Below, one piece after another: positions 27,982 through 37,153 of a DNA stretch of 64,000 nucleotides. Positions within the stretch are counted from its first letter, which is position 1; every line of letters begins with the position of its first letter. Below the pieces are notes generated by a model. That model had not been told where the DNA came from and made no database searches. It saw only the letters and a program-made list of their open reading frames with translations. The position numbers and the translations under genes are program-made. This DNA comes from an uncultured Bdellovibrionales bacterium (GTDB lineage Bacteria > Patescibacteriota > Minisyncoccia > Moranbacterales > UBA1568). The DNA lies in contig CAZTBI010000001.1 in NCBI GenBank assembly GCA_964612055.1, forward strand, positions 356,824-420,823, read 5' to 3'.

Positions 27982-28296
27982 TTACTCAGAAAAAATATTC
28001 CGCGAAAGCTGTGGTACTTTCTCATGGCGCACCGCTCGATCCTTGAGACTAGCCACCAACCGCTCGAAAGAGCTCTCCTTAAACGAAGTCGCCTTGAAGT
28101 TTGCTTCGATAAATTCCTTTTTCTTATCGTCGCTCCAATGATACTGGTAGAGATTGCTATACCAAAAGTATCCTCCTAAACCGAGCACCATGAGAAAACC
28201 AATAAAAAACATAATCTTGTAGGAACGATACCAGGAAGCCATGATCCGTTTCCAAGAAAATATCTTTTTCAATGTTTCAAAACGCATCTGTCGCAT
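27982..28296 (-). CDS. Hypothetical small membrane protein at the end of the pilus operon
   Basis: Single TM helix. Start trimmed to the internal ATG (MRQMRF) to avoid a 44-nt overlap with pilO. Confidence 0.45.
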   Translation of the reverse strand: MRQMRFETLKKIFSWKRIMASWYRSYKIMFFIGFLMVLGLGGYFWYSNLYQYHWSDDKKKEFIEANFKATSFKESSFERLVASLKDRAVRHEKVPQLSRNIFSE

Positions 28297-28300
28297 AACA

Positions 28301-29047
28301 CTACTTGTTATCAAGATAAACGACGGTATCAAACGAAGCTTCAAGATTTCCTGGGATAACCCCTTCTTCTGGCTGCTGAACTGGCAGAGCAGTATCGCCT
28401 CCAGAGAGAATGAGGAAAGGATTCCTTCCGGGATTGTCAGGACGTACGCTCTTTTCTTCTTCGGTCCGCAATTTTACACCGACACCAATGACATCAAGTC
28501 CGAGCGGCAACGTCTCCATCTTATGAAGAAAAGCCACAATATCTTTGTACTCACCCTGTGTCACGACTGTCACATGAAGGAAGCGATCGACAGGGAGTGT
28601 CTCTATGAGAGATTGGGGGACTTTACCATCCTTAACTGCAACATCTGTCGCGGGAGCTGCCTTCTTCACTGGTACTTTGACTGTTTTTTTATCTTCTATA
28701 GCGCTACTGCCACTCGATCGGATGGTGATATGCACTTTCGTTTCATCCGCCAACCGTTCCAGCGTCCTCACAAAATCAACGATGACATCCTCGGAAAGAA
28801 GAATGGCAAGCGCTTTCTCATCCTTCTCGATATTCTCAAACTGCTCTTGAAGCTCCGGAAGTTTTTTCATTTGCTGCTCACGATTTTCCCGAGTCGCATA
28901 ATACTCCTGAATGCCATCGGCTTTTTCAACAATAAACTGCTGAAAAGGGATAATCCCGAACCAGGCAAGGAGTCCGATGCCCGAAAGAAGCACGAGCATG
29001 ACCACGAGCGGTGAGGAGGTTTTGTATTTTTGGAGTAGCTCTCTCAT
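28301..29047 (-). CDS. pilO: Type IV pilus assembly protein PilO-like
   Basis: N-terminal TM plus coiled coil, following pilM-pilN. Start set to MRELLQ, giving an ATGA overlap with the pilN stop. Confidence 0.6.
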   Translation of the reverse strand: MRELLQKYKTSSPLVVMLVLLSGIGLLAWFGIIPFQQFIVEKADGIQEYYATRENREQQMKKLPELQEQFENIEKDEKALAILLSEDVIVDFVRTLERLADETKVHITIRSSGSSAIEDKKTVKVPVKKAAPATDVAVKDGKVPQSLIETLPVDRFLHVTVVTQGEYKDIVAFLHKMETLPLGLDVIGVGVKLRTEEEKSVRPDNPGRNPFLILSGGDTALPVQQPEEGVIPGNLEASFDTVVYLDNK

Positions 29048-29619
29048 AATGAGTCTTTTCTTAAACATTCTGGCGTCACGGTAAAGTCCATCTGAAAATC
29101 AATTTTTTCCTGCGAAAAAAGATTAGAGAGAGGAATATTGACATTACCAATACAATCTTCTGCTCCCTTCAGCTTTTCCTCAAGGAGGAGGAGGTCTTCT
29201 CTTTTTTCCGCTCTCCCAGAAAGCGATACCATGTAGTCTTTGGTGGAAAGATTATTGATCGTTACTCCAGATGGGAGCAGCGTATCGAGCAAGACGAATA
29301 TCTGTGAAAAATAGAGGTGTGAACGATCCACAGAACCGATGAGATCAACCGTTTCATTCACTTCCAAAAATTTCTTCTCATAGGAATCGAGTTGCTTCTC
29401 TTCTCCCTGCGAAGAACGAGCGGTATCCTCAGCAATCTTCTCTAGACTCTGTAATTGAAAATCAAGGATAAGAAAAATACTAATCAAGATAGTGAGATAA
29501 AATATCTCGAGCAAAAAAAGAAGAAACAGCTGCCACAAAAGAAAGCGGGAGCGGAGACGATTTTGAACCAATTCTTTCTTCTCTTCCGGGAGAAGATTAA
29601 GCAAAGTCTTCATATTCAT
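29044..29619 (-). CDS. pilN: Type IV pilus assembly protein PilN-like
   Basis: 191 aa. Short cytoplasmic N-terminus (LLPEEKKE...R..R), one TM, periplasmic domain. Gene order pilM-N-O. Confidence 0.6.
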   Translation of the reverse strand: MNMKTLLNLLPEEKKELVQNRLRSRFLLWQLFLLFLLEIFYLTILISIFLILDFQLQSLEKIAEDTARSSQGEEKQLDSYEKKFLEVNETVDLIGSVDRSHLYFSQIFVLLDTLLPSGVTINNLSTKDYMVSLSGRAEKREDLLLLEEKLKGAEDCIGNVNIPLSNLFSQEKIDFQMDFTVTPECLRKDSL

Positions 29620-30691
29620 CCAAACCTCTTAATGCCAAACCGATAGCTGTCGAATACTGTACCGAGTGACGCCGATCAATAATTGGGAGATCTCGACCGA
29701 GGTTCACATTGACCCATGGATTGCCAAATTCTACCGATCGACCGAGACGCTTTGCTAAATACGGCAGAAAGCCATTCATATTCGAACCACCACCACACAA
29801 AACAATTGAATCGACCGTACTCGAATACTTCAGGTTATTCAAATAGAAATCGATAGATTTTTCTATTTCATTGGCCATACTCTCAAGTACCGGTTCCGCT
29901 GCTTTGAACACCGGGCTTTTAAGAGCGAGTGATCCGAGGCCATGCTTCAGTTTCATCGCTTCGGCCTCATCAAATGATATTTTGAGAGACTTCGATACCG
30001 CCTCAGTAATCATCTGGGATGATAACGGCACGCTCGATGTGAAACATGGAGTACTCCCAATAGCAATAAGAAAGCTGGTCCGTCGATCGCCGATATCGAC
30101 AATGAGCGTCGTACTTTTTTCATTCTTCTCAGGGAGCAAACTTCGTGCCTGAGCAATCGATTCTGTTTCCAACCCAATAACCTGCAGACCAGCGCTCTCA
30201 AGCACGTCGGTGAACTGATCTACCACGCTTCTCGCTACCGCTACTACCAAAACACTCATTTTTCCTTTTTCTTGAGTCAGATTCAAATCAAGAATCTGCC
30301 AATCATAGTACACCTGGTCAAGTGTCAGCGGAATATTGGCTTCGATTTCCCACTTGATCGCTTCTTTCACTTCATCTTCATCCATTTTTGGGAGAACGAT
30401 AATACGAAGAAAAGCCTTTGTTTCAGGAAAGGAGCAAATAACCTGACGTGTCTTTATCTTTTTCGGCCCAGCCTTCTCGAGGAGATTCTGGATGGCGCTT
30501 TTTACCGCTTCAGGATTTATAATCTCACCATCGACAACATTTCCGAGTGCCAAAGGAACCGAACCGAAACTCGCGATTGAGTCACGATCTCCAGAACGAT
30601 CAAGCCAAACAGCCTTGATAGAGAGATCGCTCAAATCAAGGCCGAAGGAACTCGGGAAAAGATCGAATACTTTTTTTCGTAAGAAGCTCAT
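29597..30691 (-). CDS. pilM: Type IV pilus assembly protein PilM (actin-like ATPase fold)
   Basis: GLDLSDLSIKAV ... actin/FtsA-like fold. Start set to MSFLRKK (internal ATG). Confidence 0.8.
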   Translation of the reverse strand: MSFLRKKVFDLFPSSFGLDLSDLSIKAVWLDRSGDRDSIASFGSVPLALGNVVDGEIINPEAVKSAIQNLLEKAGPKKIKTRQVICSFPETKAFLRIIVLPKMDEDEVKEAIKWEIEANIPLTLDQVYYDWQILDLNLTQEKGKMSVLVVAVARSVVDQFTDVLESAGLQVIGLETESIAQARSLLPEKNEKSTTLIVDIGDRRTSFLIAIGSTPCFTSSVPLSSQMITEAVSKSLKISFDEAEAMKLKHGLGSLALKSPVFKAAEPVLESMANEIEKSIDFYLNNLKYSSTVDSIVLCGGGSNMNGFLPYLAKRLGRSVEFGNPWVNVNLGRDLPIIDRRHSVQYSTAIGLALRGLDEYEDFA

Positions 30692-30751
30692 TGTCTGTTT
30701 TTCTTTTTCTTTATCATAACACATTTCACGCACTCGTTTCATCCTCTGACA

Positions 30752-32170
30752 CTACTCTTCTTGCCAAAGGTCCATCTCATACTGGGTTCCGGTCGGGAAG
30801 TACGGTGGCGGACAATAGAGGAGATTGTTGTCATAGTAGAGGTTACGGTTCCGGTACCCGGAAACATGATTCCCTTGACTATCCGCCCACGCGAAGCCAT
30901 AGCGCTGATTGCTGGCGATAGCGCCATAGACCGTAATCGTATCCCGGATCGCCGTCGGGCCCGTATAGTTGGATCGCCCGACCCGTCCCAGCTGCGCGAT
31001 AAGCGACGCATCAAGACGTAAGACATTATTACTGGCACGATAAACTTCCACATCTTGTTGACCAATGAGACCGACCATGTCCGAGCAATCATAATTCGTG
31101 TAACGGATGTCTTTTCCGAGATACATCGTCTTTTTGGATGAGGAGATGAGATTGGCCGCGACCACCGTTACGCGCTTACCATCGACCGCTCCCTCGATCC
31201 ACACGTTGTTTTCCACGTAGATGATTCCTTCATTTGGAATAGTATAATTCGACCAACCGCCAGTATAGCTATTTATCTGGTTGGTCGAGGCGTTGAAACT
31301 CTGTACGGTGGCGATGTCAAACGTGTCGTCCGCTTTCAGAATGATGTGCCGTCCTTGGCCGCTGTTCGTGAAATACCGACTACCATTCGTTCCTGCTTGC
31401 GCTTCGCCTTTTATATAAGAAAGGTCACCGAGCACCCCGTTGAAGTCCGTAGCCGTCACCGGAAAAGAACGTCCGGCTTCGAAAACATCCGCTCGATCCG
31501 GTACAGCAGCGGGCGGCAGAGGATCAGTCGGAGCATCATGTGTATGCACGCCGAACTCGTTTGCCCCCGTATGGTCAGGGTCGTTATAACTCGAGACCGC
31601 ACTACTCACGACATTGTGCGCCAATCCATCAAAACGAATTCCTTGATTGGAATGAATCTTTCCGAATACCTCCGTCCCGGCTCCGAAACGCATGGTGTCA
31701 TTAGCAAGTACGGCATACTCGCTCCACGAAGGCTTACGGAAGCGTACCTGGATCACACGCACTGCGTCTGGATAGCGATACGTCCAGCCAGTCGCTCGCA
31801 CAATGACCACGGTCGATCCCGTCTCCGGGGGCGTTACCTCCAGGCTATACTTTCCGACAGGGTCGCCTCCCGGATCAGTATATTCCACTTCGTATGGCGT
31901 AGCGACACCATACGGATTCCCCGTCGCCCAGAAATCCGCTACCTGCTGCGCTGTCCGCCCTTCTACCTGATGCGCCAAGTACCAGCGATAGAAATGAATA
32001 CCTGACTCAGCGATCTGAAAAGCCTGTTCGCGCGCATGAATCTGTAGAGCATACTTGGTTTGGCTGGCAATAAAACCAATGATGGACGTCAAGATAATAG
32101 AGATCATAAACATGATCACCAGTCCATAGGCTAGCACCGAACCCTTCAGCATGCGGGTTTCTTTACTCAT
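30752..32170 (-). CDS. PilX-like minor pilin / pilus-associated large protein
   Basis: N-terminal hydrophobic helix followed by a QAFQIAESGIHFY (PilX_N-like) motif and a large Gly/Asn/Thr/Tyr-rich beta-rich domain. Start set to MSKETRM. Confidence 0.5.
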   Translation of the reverse strand: MSKETRMLKGSVLAYGLVIMFMISIILTSIIGFIASQTKYALQIHAREQAFQIAESGIHFYRWYLAHQVEGRTAQQVADFWATGNPYGVATPYEVEYTDPGGDPVGKYSLEVTPPETGSTVVIVRATGWTYRYPDAVRVIQVRFRKPSWSEYAVLANDTMRFGAGTEVFGKIHSNQGIRFDGLAHNVVSSAVSSYNDPDHTGANEFGVHTHDAPTDPLPPAAVPDRADVFEAGRSFPVTATDFNGVLGDLSYIKGEAQAGTNGSRYFTNSGQGRHIILKADDTFDIATVQSFNASTNQINSYTGGWSNYTIPNEGIIYVENNVWIEGAVDGKRVTVVAANLISSSKKTMYLGKDIRYTNYDCSDMVGLIGQQDVEVYRASNNVLRLDASLIAQLGRVGRSNYTGPTAIRDTITVYGAIASNQRYGFAWADSQGNHVSGYRNRNLYYDNNLLYCPPPYFPTGTQYEMDLWQEE

Positions 32171-32792
32171 AGTTATGGAGATTACGGAGATCGACAAATG
32201 ATTCGATATTGATATTGTCTGGAGCGTGGACAGGATTGATATTGACGAAGAGATGCACACGGATCATCTGGATATTACCGACATTCGTCGGTGTCGACAG
32301 CGGATTATTGACCGTATCACCAGGGTAATCGTCATTATAGTAATAAAAGATCGGGTTATCACTCTCGTTCACGACATAACTCGTCACCACTGTCACCTCA
32401 TCATCACTGTTCGGATAGGTCACTGGATTGCCAGCAATCGGATTGCTCACCCCCATATTCAGCTGATCATTCACTTGGTCCAAGAAATAGTGCACCCGCT
32501 CTACTACCCCATCATCATCAACGTCACAGTAAAAAACAAGATCAAAATCATCCGCTGACTCGATCGGATAATCACCATTATCCGCCTGCTGGACAGCCCG
32601 AAGCTGGATAACAATCTTGTTGGTGGCGCGCGATGCAGCCGCCGACGCCATCCCTTCCTCCAGAACGAACTTGTTTGTATCCCAGGTCTTGATGAAAAGA
32701 TAGGTAAAGCCCTCCATAGCAATCAGTGCCACGCTGATGGCAATCAGAAGCTCGAGGAGCGTCATAGCTTTGAGTGGTCGGTGTCTTTTCAT
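32163..32792 (-). CDS. Prepilin-type (pseudopilin/minor pilin) protein
   Basis: Class III signal: KAMTLLELLIAISVALIAM (prepilin cleavage/methylation-like N-terminus with Glu at +5). Confidence 0.65.
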   Translation of the reverse strand: MKRHRPLKAMTLLELLIAISVALIAMEGFTYLFIKTWDTNKFVLEEGMASAAASRATNKIVIQLRAVQQADNGDYPIESADDFDLVFYCDVDDDGVVERVHYFLDQVNDQLNMGVSNPIAGNPVTYPNSDDEVTVVTSYVVNESDNPIFYYYNDDYPGDTVNNPLSTPTNVGNIQMIRVHLFVNINPVHAPDNINIESFVDLRNLHNYE

Positions 32793-32797
32793 ACGTT

Positions 32798-34174
32798 CTA
32801 GTTCGCGGTCAAACCTATTATTTCAGTTTCCAAAATGCCATTCACATCCACGCTCCCAGTTTCAGTGCCATATCCGGCAAGCGATACCGAAATATCATAT
32901 GTTTCTGCAACGAGTTCCGGAAGCGCTGTCGGAAAATAAGCGTATCCGTACTGATCAGTCACTACCGTCGTGTCATATAAAAGAGTTGTATTTGTCAGCT
33001 GGACACTGGCTCCAGCAAGCCCTGTCCCATCAGCCTGATTCTGCACTTTTACCAACACCGAACCGATATTCTTATCAAGCATGATGACACTCACGTCGGT
33101 CGCGCTGCCCGCTGTCGCTGAAAATTCATTGGCAGACGTCGTTCCTGGAGACAGTTTCAAGAACTCATAGTCCGTACTGCTGGTCGTGATCGCATAATCA
33201 CCATAACTCTCGCCCGGATAACTTGCTCCTCCTGAAGCATCGGTCGTGCCCGTATCTGAAAATCCCGTCACGTCCTCTCCGGTCCCTGGATCGGTCCCCA
33301 AGACACGACCGCCCGTCAGAGTATATCCGATACTCGGAATCGCCGTACCAAATGGATCTTCTGTTGTCAGGGTAATATCGGACGACTGATCCATGACGAT
33401 CGTCTTCTGATTCAGAGCATCCGCAACCACGGAGGCATGCACATCGACCGGATTAAAGACCGAAGTCGGATAGGCAGGATAGGTCGTCGCGCCATAATAG
33501 CCGCTCTTTGAGACGGTGACCATGTATGCTTCCGTGCCAGCTGGAGCACCAGGCAGCATCAGGTTCCCCGTAGAATCCGTACTCCCCGTCACATCGACTC
33601 CGGCAGCACCGTTGACGATATGGACGCTAGCACCAGTCACGCCCGTACCACTAGCATCGAGCACATTTATGGAGAGGACTCCACCACCGGTCGATGACTC
33701 AACGCCGTTGGGTGAAAAGTTCCCGAAAATAGCTACCGTCTGATCCGTACCAAGATTTCCCCAGGACACCGTAACACGCACCCGCTTATAGTCAGTAGGA
33801 ATCACATCACCCGTAGAGACAGTGCTATCAAAACTATCGTCGACATACTGAACAAATGTATGGACCTCATAACGTATTGTATTGACGCTAATCGTCTCGT
33901 CTTCGGCCAAATCGCCAGCCGGAATACCGCTCGTTGTTCCAATAGCATCGTATTCAATACTCCGGATAATCTCCATTTTCTGATTCGCAAGCGCCGTTGC
34001 TCCAAGGCGATTTTTCGATTCGATTATGAGACGCGTCCCGACTGAGTAGGTTTGGAGAAAAACGATACTAATCAAAGAAAAGAGAAACAAGAAAACCAAC
34101 GCCTCAATAAGCGTAAAACCACGATACGAATGTCGAATTTTGAATTTTGAATTTTGAAAAAAATACCGCATCAT
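32798..34174 (-). CDS. Large type IV pilin-like protein with repeated Ig/CarboxypepD_reg-like beta domains
   Basis: Canonical prepilin motif RGFTLIEALVFLFLFSL. 458 aa with repeated ...GASV.V.NG..G...TG.TDS.G... segments. Confidence 0.7.
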   Translation of the reverse strand: MMRYFFQNSKFKIRHSYRGFTLIEALVFLFLFSLISIVFLQTYSVGTRLIIESKNRLGATALANQKMEIIRSIEYDAIGTTSGIPAGDLAEDETISVNTIRYEVHTFVQYVDDSFDSTVSTGDVIPTDYKRVRVTVSWGNLGTDQTVAIFGNFSPNGVESSTGGGVLSINVLDASGTGVTGASVHIVNGAAGVDVTGSTDSTGNLMLPGAPAGTEAYMVTVSKSGYYGATTYPAYPTSVFNPVDVHASVVADALNQKTIVMDQSSDITLTTEDPFGTAIPSIGYTLTGGRVLGTDPGTGEDVTGFSDTGTTDASGGASYPGESYGDYAITTSSTDYEFLKLSPGTTSANEFSATAGSATDVSVIMLDKNIGSVLVKVQNQADGTGLAGASVQLTNTTLLYDTTVVTDQYGYAYFPTALPELVAETYDISVSLAGYGTETGSVDVNGILETEIIGLTAN

Positions 34175-34220
34175 TTTATCTTATCCATTTTCTAAGACTT
34201 TCATTTTTTGAGGGCAGTTG

Positions 34221-34312
34221 TAGGCGTCGGTGAGGAGCTCCGTAAGCTGTACTCGTAGAGTACAGTGTCGAGCACCGGGACCGAGAACGACCAAATGCAC
34301 CAAAAAATGAGG
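34221..34312. repeat. Copy 2 of the conserved ~90-nt intergenic element (pilC-pilin spacer), hairpin CTGTACTC-GTA-GAGTACAG
   Basis: ~85% identical to 24428-24513. Confidence 0.7.
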
Positions 34313-34315
34313 GTC

Positions 34316-35536
34316 TCACTTTATGTTTTCGAGTACGGAATACATCGGCTGTAACATCGCCACCGCAAAAAATCCCACGCCACCACCGATAAATAGCATC
34401 AGGATCGGCTCAATAATCGACGACATGTTCTTGGTGATCTGCGAAACCTCTTCTTCATAAAATTCCGCCAACCGTTGGAGCACTGTTTCTGTTTTACCCG
34501 TCTCCTCTCCCACTTCGAGAATCTGCGGCACCAGAAGAGGAAAAATAGCCGGGTACTTTATAATAACTTTGGAAAGGTCGACACCTTTCTGTACCTCAGC
34601 AATCGCTTCTTCCAGGGCATCTTTGTAATACACATTGGAAAGAGTCTTTGAAACAATATTCAAAGCATTTACCACCGAGACACCGCTCTTTAAAAGTGAA
34701 CTGTAAATGCGAGCAAAGCGAGCGCAGTTCACTTTGATAACAATATTCCCCACGATAGGCATATGCACAAAGAGGAATCCAAAAAATCGCTTCCCCGCTT
34801 TCGTGCCGGAAAAAAGCTTCACCGCTACAATCGTGATAACAGCCAAAGAGACTGTAAGAATGGCGTGACCACGGATGAAGTCAGAGAGCGCCATAATGGC
34901 CCGAGTGGTAGCCGGCAACTCGACATTCATATCCTTGAACACACCGGTAATTTTCGGCAGGATATAAACCAACATGAGGATACCGATACCGATCATTGCC
35001 ACCACGATCACTGCGGGATAGATAAGGGCGCCACGCACTTTCGACAGGAGGTCATTTTCTTTTTCCAACTGCAAAGCCAAGATATCAAGCACTTCCTCGA
35101 GATTACCGCTCACCTCTCCGACGTATACCATGTTGACGAACAGCTCGTTGAAAACAGCCGGGTAGGCTCCTAATCCTTCTGAAAGCGTCTTTCCTGCCTG
35201 GAGATCATCGTTGACACTCTCGAGAATCTTCTTAAATGTCTTGTTCTTTGTCTGGAGAGAAAGGTTCTGGACCGCCCGAGAAATCGTCAACCCCGAAGAC
35301 ACCATGACCGCCAGGTTACGGGTAAAGGTCATCTTTTCTTTGAGGGGCACCTTCTTGAAACGATCAAGGAATTTCACCTGAAGACTCGATCCCTCTTCTT
35401 CTTGTTTGAAAGATGTGAGAAGAAGTCCCTGGGCACGAAGATCCTGAGCCAAAGATTTTTCATCCTTGGCCTCTATTTCTCCACCAGAAGACTCACCCGT
35501 CACAGCGTTTTTCGCCGTATAGAAAAATTTCGGCAT
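34316..35536 (-). CDS. pilC: Type IV pilus assembly platform protein PilC (GspF family)
   Basis: 406 aa with two GspF repeats and three TM segments (…GEVSGNLEEVL…, …GEETGKTETVL…). Confidence 0.85.
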   Translation of the reverse strand: MPKFFYTAKNAVTGESSGGEIEAKDEKSLAQDLRAQGLLLTSFKQEEEGSSLQVKFLDRFKKVPLKEKMTFTRNLAVMVSSGLTISRAVQNLSLQTKNKTFKKILESVNDDLQAGKTLSEGLGAYPAVFNELFVNMVYVGEVSGNLEEVLDILALQLEKENDLLSKVRGALIYPAVIVVAMIGIGILMLVYILPKITGVFKDMNVELPATTRAIMALSDFIRGHAILTVSLAVITIVAVKLFSGTKAGKRFFGFLFVHMPIVGNIVIKVNCARFARIYSSLLKSGVSVVNALNIVSKTLSNVYYKDALEEAIAEVQKGVDLSKVIIKYPAIFPLLVPQILEVGEETGKTETVLQRLAEFYEEEVSQITKNMSSIIEPILMLFIGGGVGFFAVAMLQPMYSVLENIK

Positions 35537-35604
35537 AGAGTCCGAGTATTGGTATGTGTTTTCGAGCTCTTTTCAGATGGGCTGTAGTCACATTATACCA
35601 CATC

Positions 35605-36552
35605 CTACAGTGTAAGACGCTCTTTGAACGCCTGGAAAACACGCGGGCCCCTTGGTCGCGGCAAAAAGACCAGTGCCTGGTCGGTAGCTTCGATGAGACT
35701 CCCTTCCAAATGTGTTTTTGGATTGCGCTCTATCTTCTTCTGCTGCCACGAACGAAGCCACGCTTCGCCATCAAAAAAATCAAAGACTTGTTCAAGAATT
35801 CCCCGAACACGTCCTGAGAAATCGGTTTCTTTCACAAGCCAGAGCCCCGGTAAAAGGGTCGGAGTAAAGTTCGGTTTGTACGTCTTGATCCAGCGATTCT
35901 TCAGTTCAAAAATCTGAAACAGCGGAAAAGAAAGAAGCGGGATCAAAAAACGGTACTCGTGAGCAGAAAAAAGATCCTTGGTCGCAATCTCCAGATTATC
36001 ATCCGTCACGAAATAATTGAGACAAGCGCGGTTACTCACCTTCTTCCCGTGACGCCGCTTACCAATACCGTGCAAGAATAACGTCAAAATCGTGCGACCG
36101 ATCCAAATCTTTCCTGATTTAAGAACGACAAACATGTCCCAGTCGCTTCCTTTGACGCCGTTTTTCATAGCCAAGCTTCCCGTAGCACCCACCATACGCA
36201 GATACGGTACGAATGCGAGCACACTCGCCAAGCGGCGCATACGCTTCAACTTCCCAACTGAAAGTTTTTCACCCTGGATCCGTTTCGCTATAAGCGCCTC
36301 TCGTCCATTGAGAAAGTACAAACCATTTTTTTCAGAAACCTTTCCTGAGAGTTGACCCGAGTGAAGCACCTTCCATACTTCAGAAAGTGTTACCGGCGCA
36401 GTCAGGGCTGGGCGCTCTCGATCGTATTCCAAAAGATGCTTCCAAATTTCAAAAGCCGTCAACGGAAAATCCATGACATCATAATACGTCACCGTCGCTG
36501 TAATATTTTTCGCCAATAGATAAGTCATGCTGCCAAAGTATAAAAAATACAA
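35605..36552 (-). CDS. Hypothetical protein with nucleotidyltransferase-fold motif (GS...DxD)
   Basis: GATGSLAMKNGVKGSDWDMFVV matches the pol-beta NTase hG[GS]x9-13DhD signature. Confidence 0.4.
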   Translation of the reverse strand: MYFLYFGSMTYLLAKNITATVTYYDVMDFPLTAFEIWKHLLEYDRERPALTAPVTLSEVWKVLHSGQLSGKVSEKNGLYFLNGREALIAKRIQGEKLSVGKLKRMRRLASVLAFVPYLRMVGATGSLAMKNGVKGSDWDMFVVLKSGKIWIGRTILTLFLHGIGKRRHGKKVSNRACLNYFVTDDNLEIATKDLFSAHEYRFLIPLLSFPLFQIFELKNRWIKTYKPNFTPTLLPGLWLVKETDFSGRVRGILEQVFDFFDGEAWLRSWQQKKIERNPKTHLEGSLIEATDQALVFLPRPRGPRVFQAFKERLTL

Positions 36553-36613
36553 GGTACCAAATATCCCGAAAGAGTCTTCTTATTTTAGCATTACTAAGCC
36601 CTTACTTGCACCA

Positions 36614-36642
36614 TTGACTTTTTACTCTTTTTATGCTATGCT
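36614..36642 (+). promoter_or_regulatory. Promoter TTGACT-17-TATGCT for the orphan plus-strand ORF
   Basis: Seen directly. Confidence 0.5.
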
Positions 36643-36693
36643 GGACATAAAGTAGTACCTCTGTTCCACAACCAACCTGAAAGGAGCGCTCCC

Positions 36694-36909
36694 ATGCGGA
36701 TGCAGCTTAGCCAAGTGAAGCCAGACGACGTCTTCTCCCGGCTGGTTCTGCCGGGAGTGCGATTCGTGATGACGCATCATCGATACATGTGCCAAGAAGG
36801 CACGACCATGCCCCAAAGGTGCAACCCAACCGAGGAAGTTGAAGTCTTCAAGGCAGCGCCGCAACCGACGCCCTGGCAACGCCTGAAGAACTGGCTCTCC
36901 AGCCTGTGA
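36694..36909 (+). CDS. Orphan plus-strand small protein (71 aa), GC-rich
   Basis: TTGACT-17-TATGCT promoter at ~36614-36642. AAGGAG RBS 7 nt upstream of ATG. Intrinsic terminator at ~36931-36966. An antisense ORF (36631..36945) also exists but lacks signals. Confidence 0.45.
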   Translation: MRMQLSQVKPDDVFSRLVLPGVRFVMTHHRYMCQEGTTMPQRCNPTEEVEVFKAAPQPTPWQRLKNWLSSL

Positions 36910-36930
36910 AACACAGGCACCCCCTCCCCA

Positions 36931-36966
36931 ACGCCCCGCGTGCAAACAACGGGCGTTTTTTCTTTT
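36931..36966 (+). terminator. Intrinsic terminator ACGCCC-14nt-GGGCGT plus TTTTTTCTTTT
   Basis: Seen directly. Confidence 0.55.
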
Positions 36967-37125
36967 CCAAAATTCTAGAATCTCATTCCAAGAATTCTCT
37001 TGGGCACGCCTGGAGCCGAAAGCTGGTCTTTTACGAAGTAAAAGTTTCGGTGAAGAGTAGCAAAAACACGCTGGTGTTTTTGTGGCACAAGAGAATTACT
37101 TGGAAGAGAGTACGTGCGAGGATAA

Positions 37126-37152
37126 AAGAAAAACTCCCTTGCGGGAGTCTTT
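37126..37152 (-). terminator. Terminator downstream of uvrA (ACTCCC-ttgc-GGGAGT, T-rich both sides)
   Basis: Seen directly. Confidence 0.55.
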
Positions 37153-37153
37153 T

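Noticed and set aside
28241-29014. 257-aa plus-strand ORF
   Set aside because: Antisense to pilO.
36631-36945. 104-aa minus-strand ORF antisense to the orphan plus-strand gene
   Set aside because: No promoter or RBS was found. The plus-strand frame has a promoter, an RBS and a terminator.
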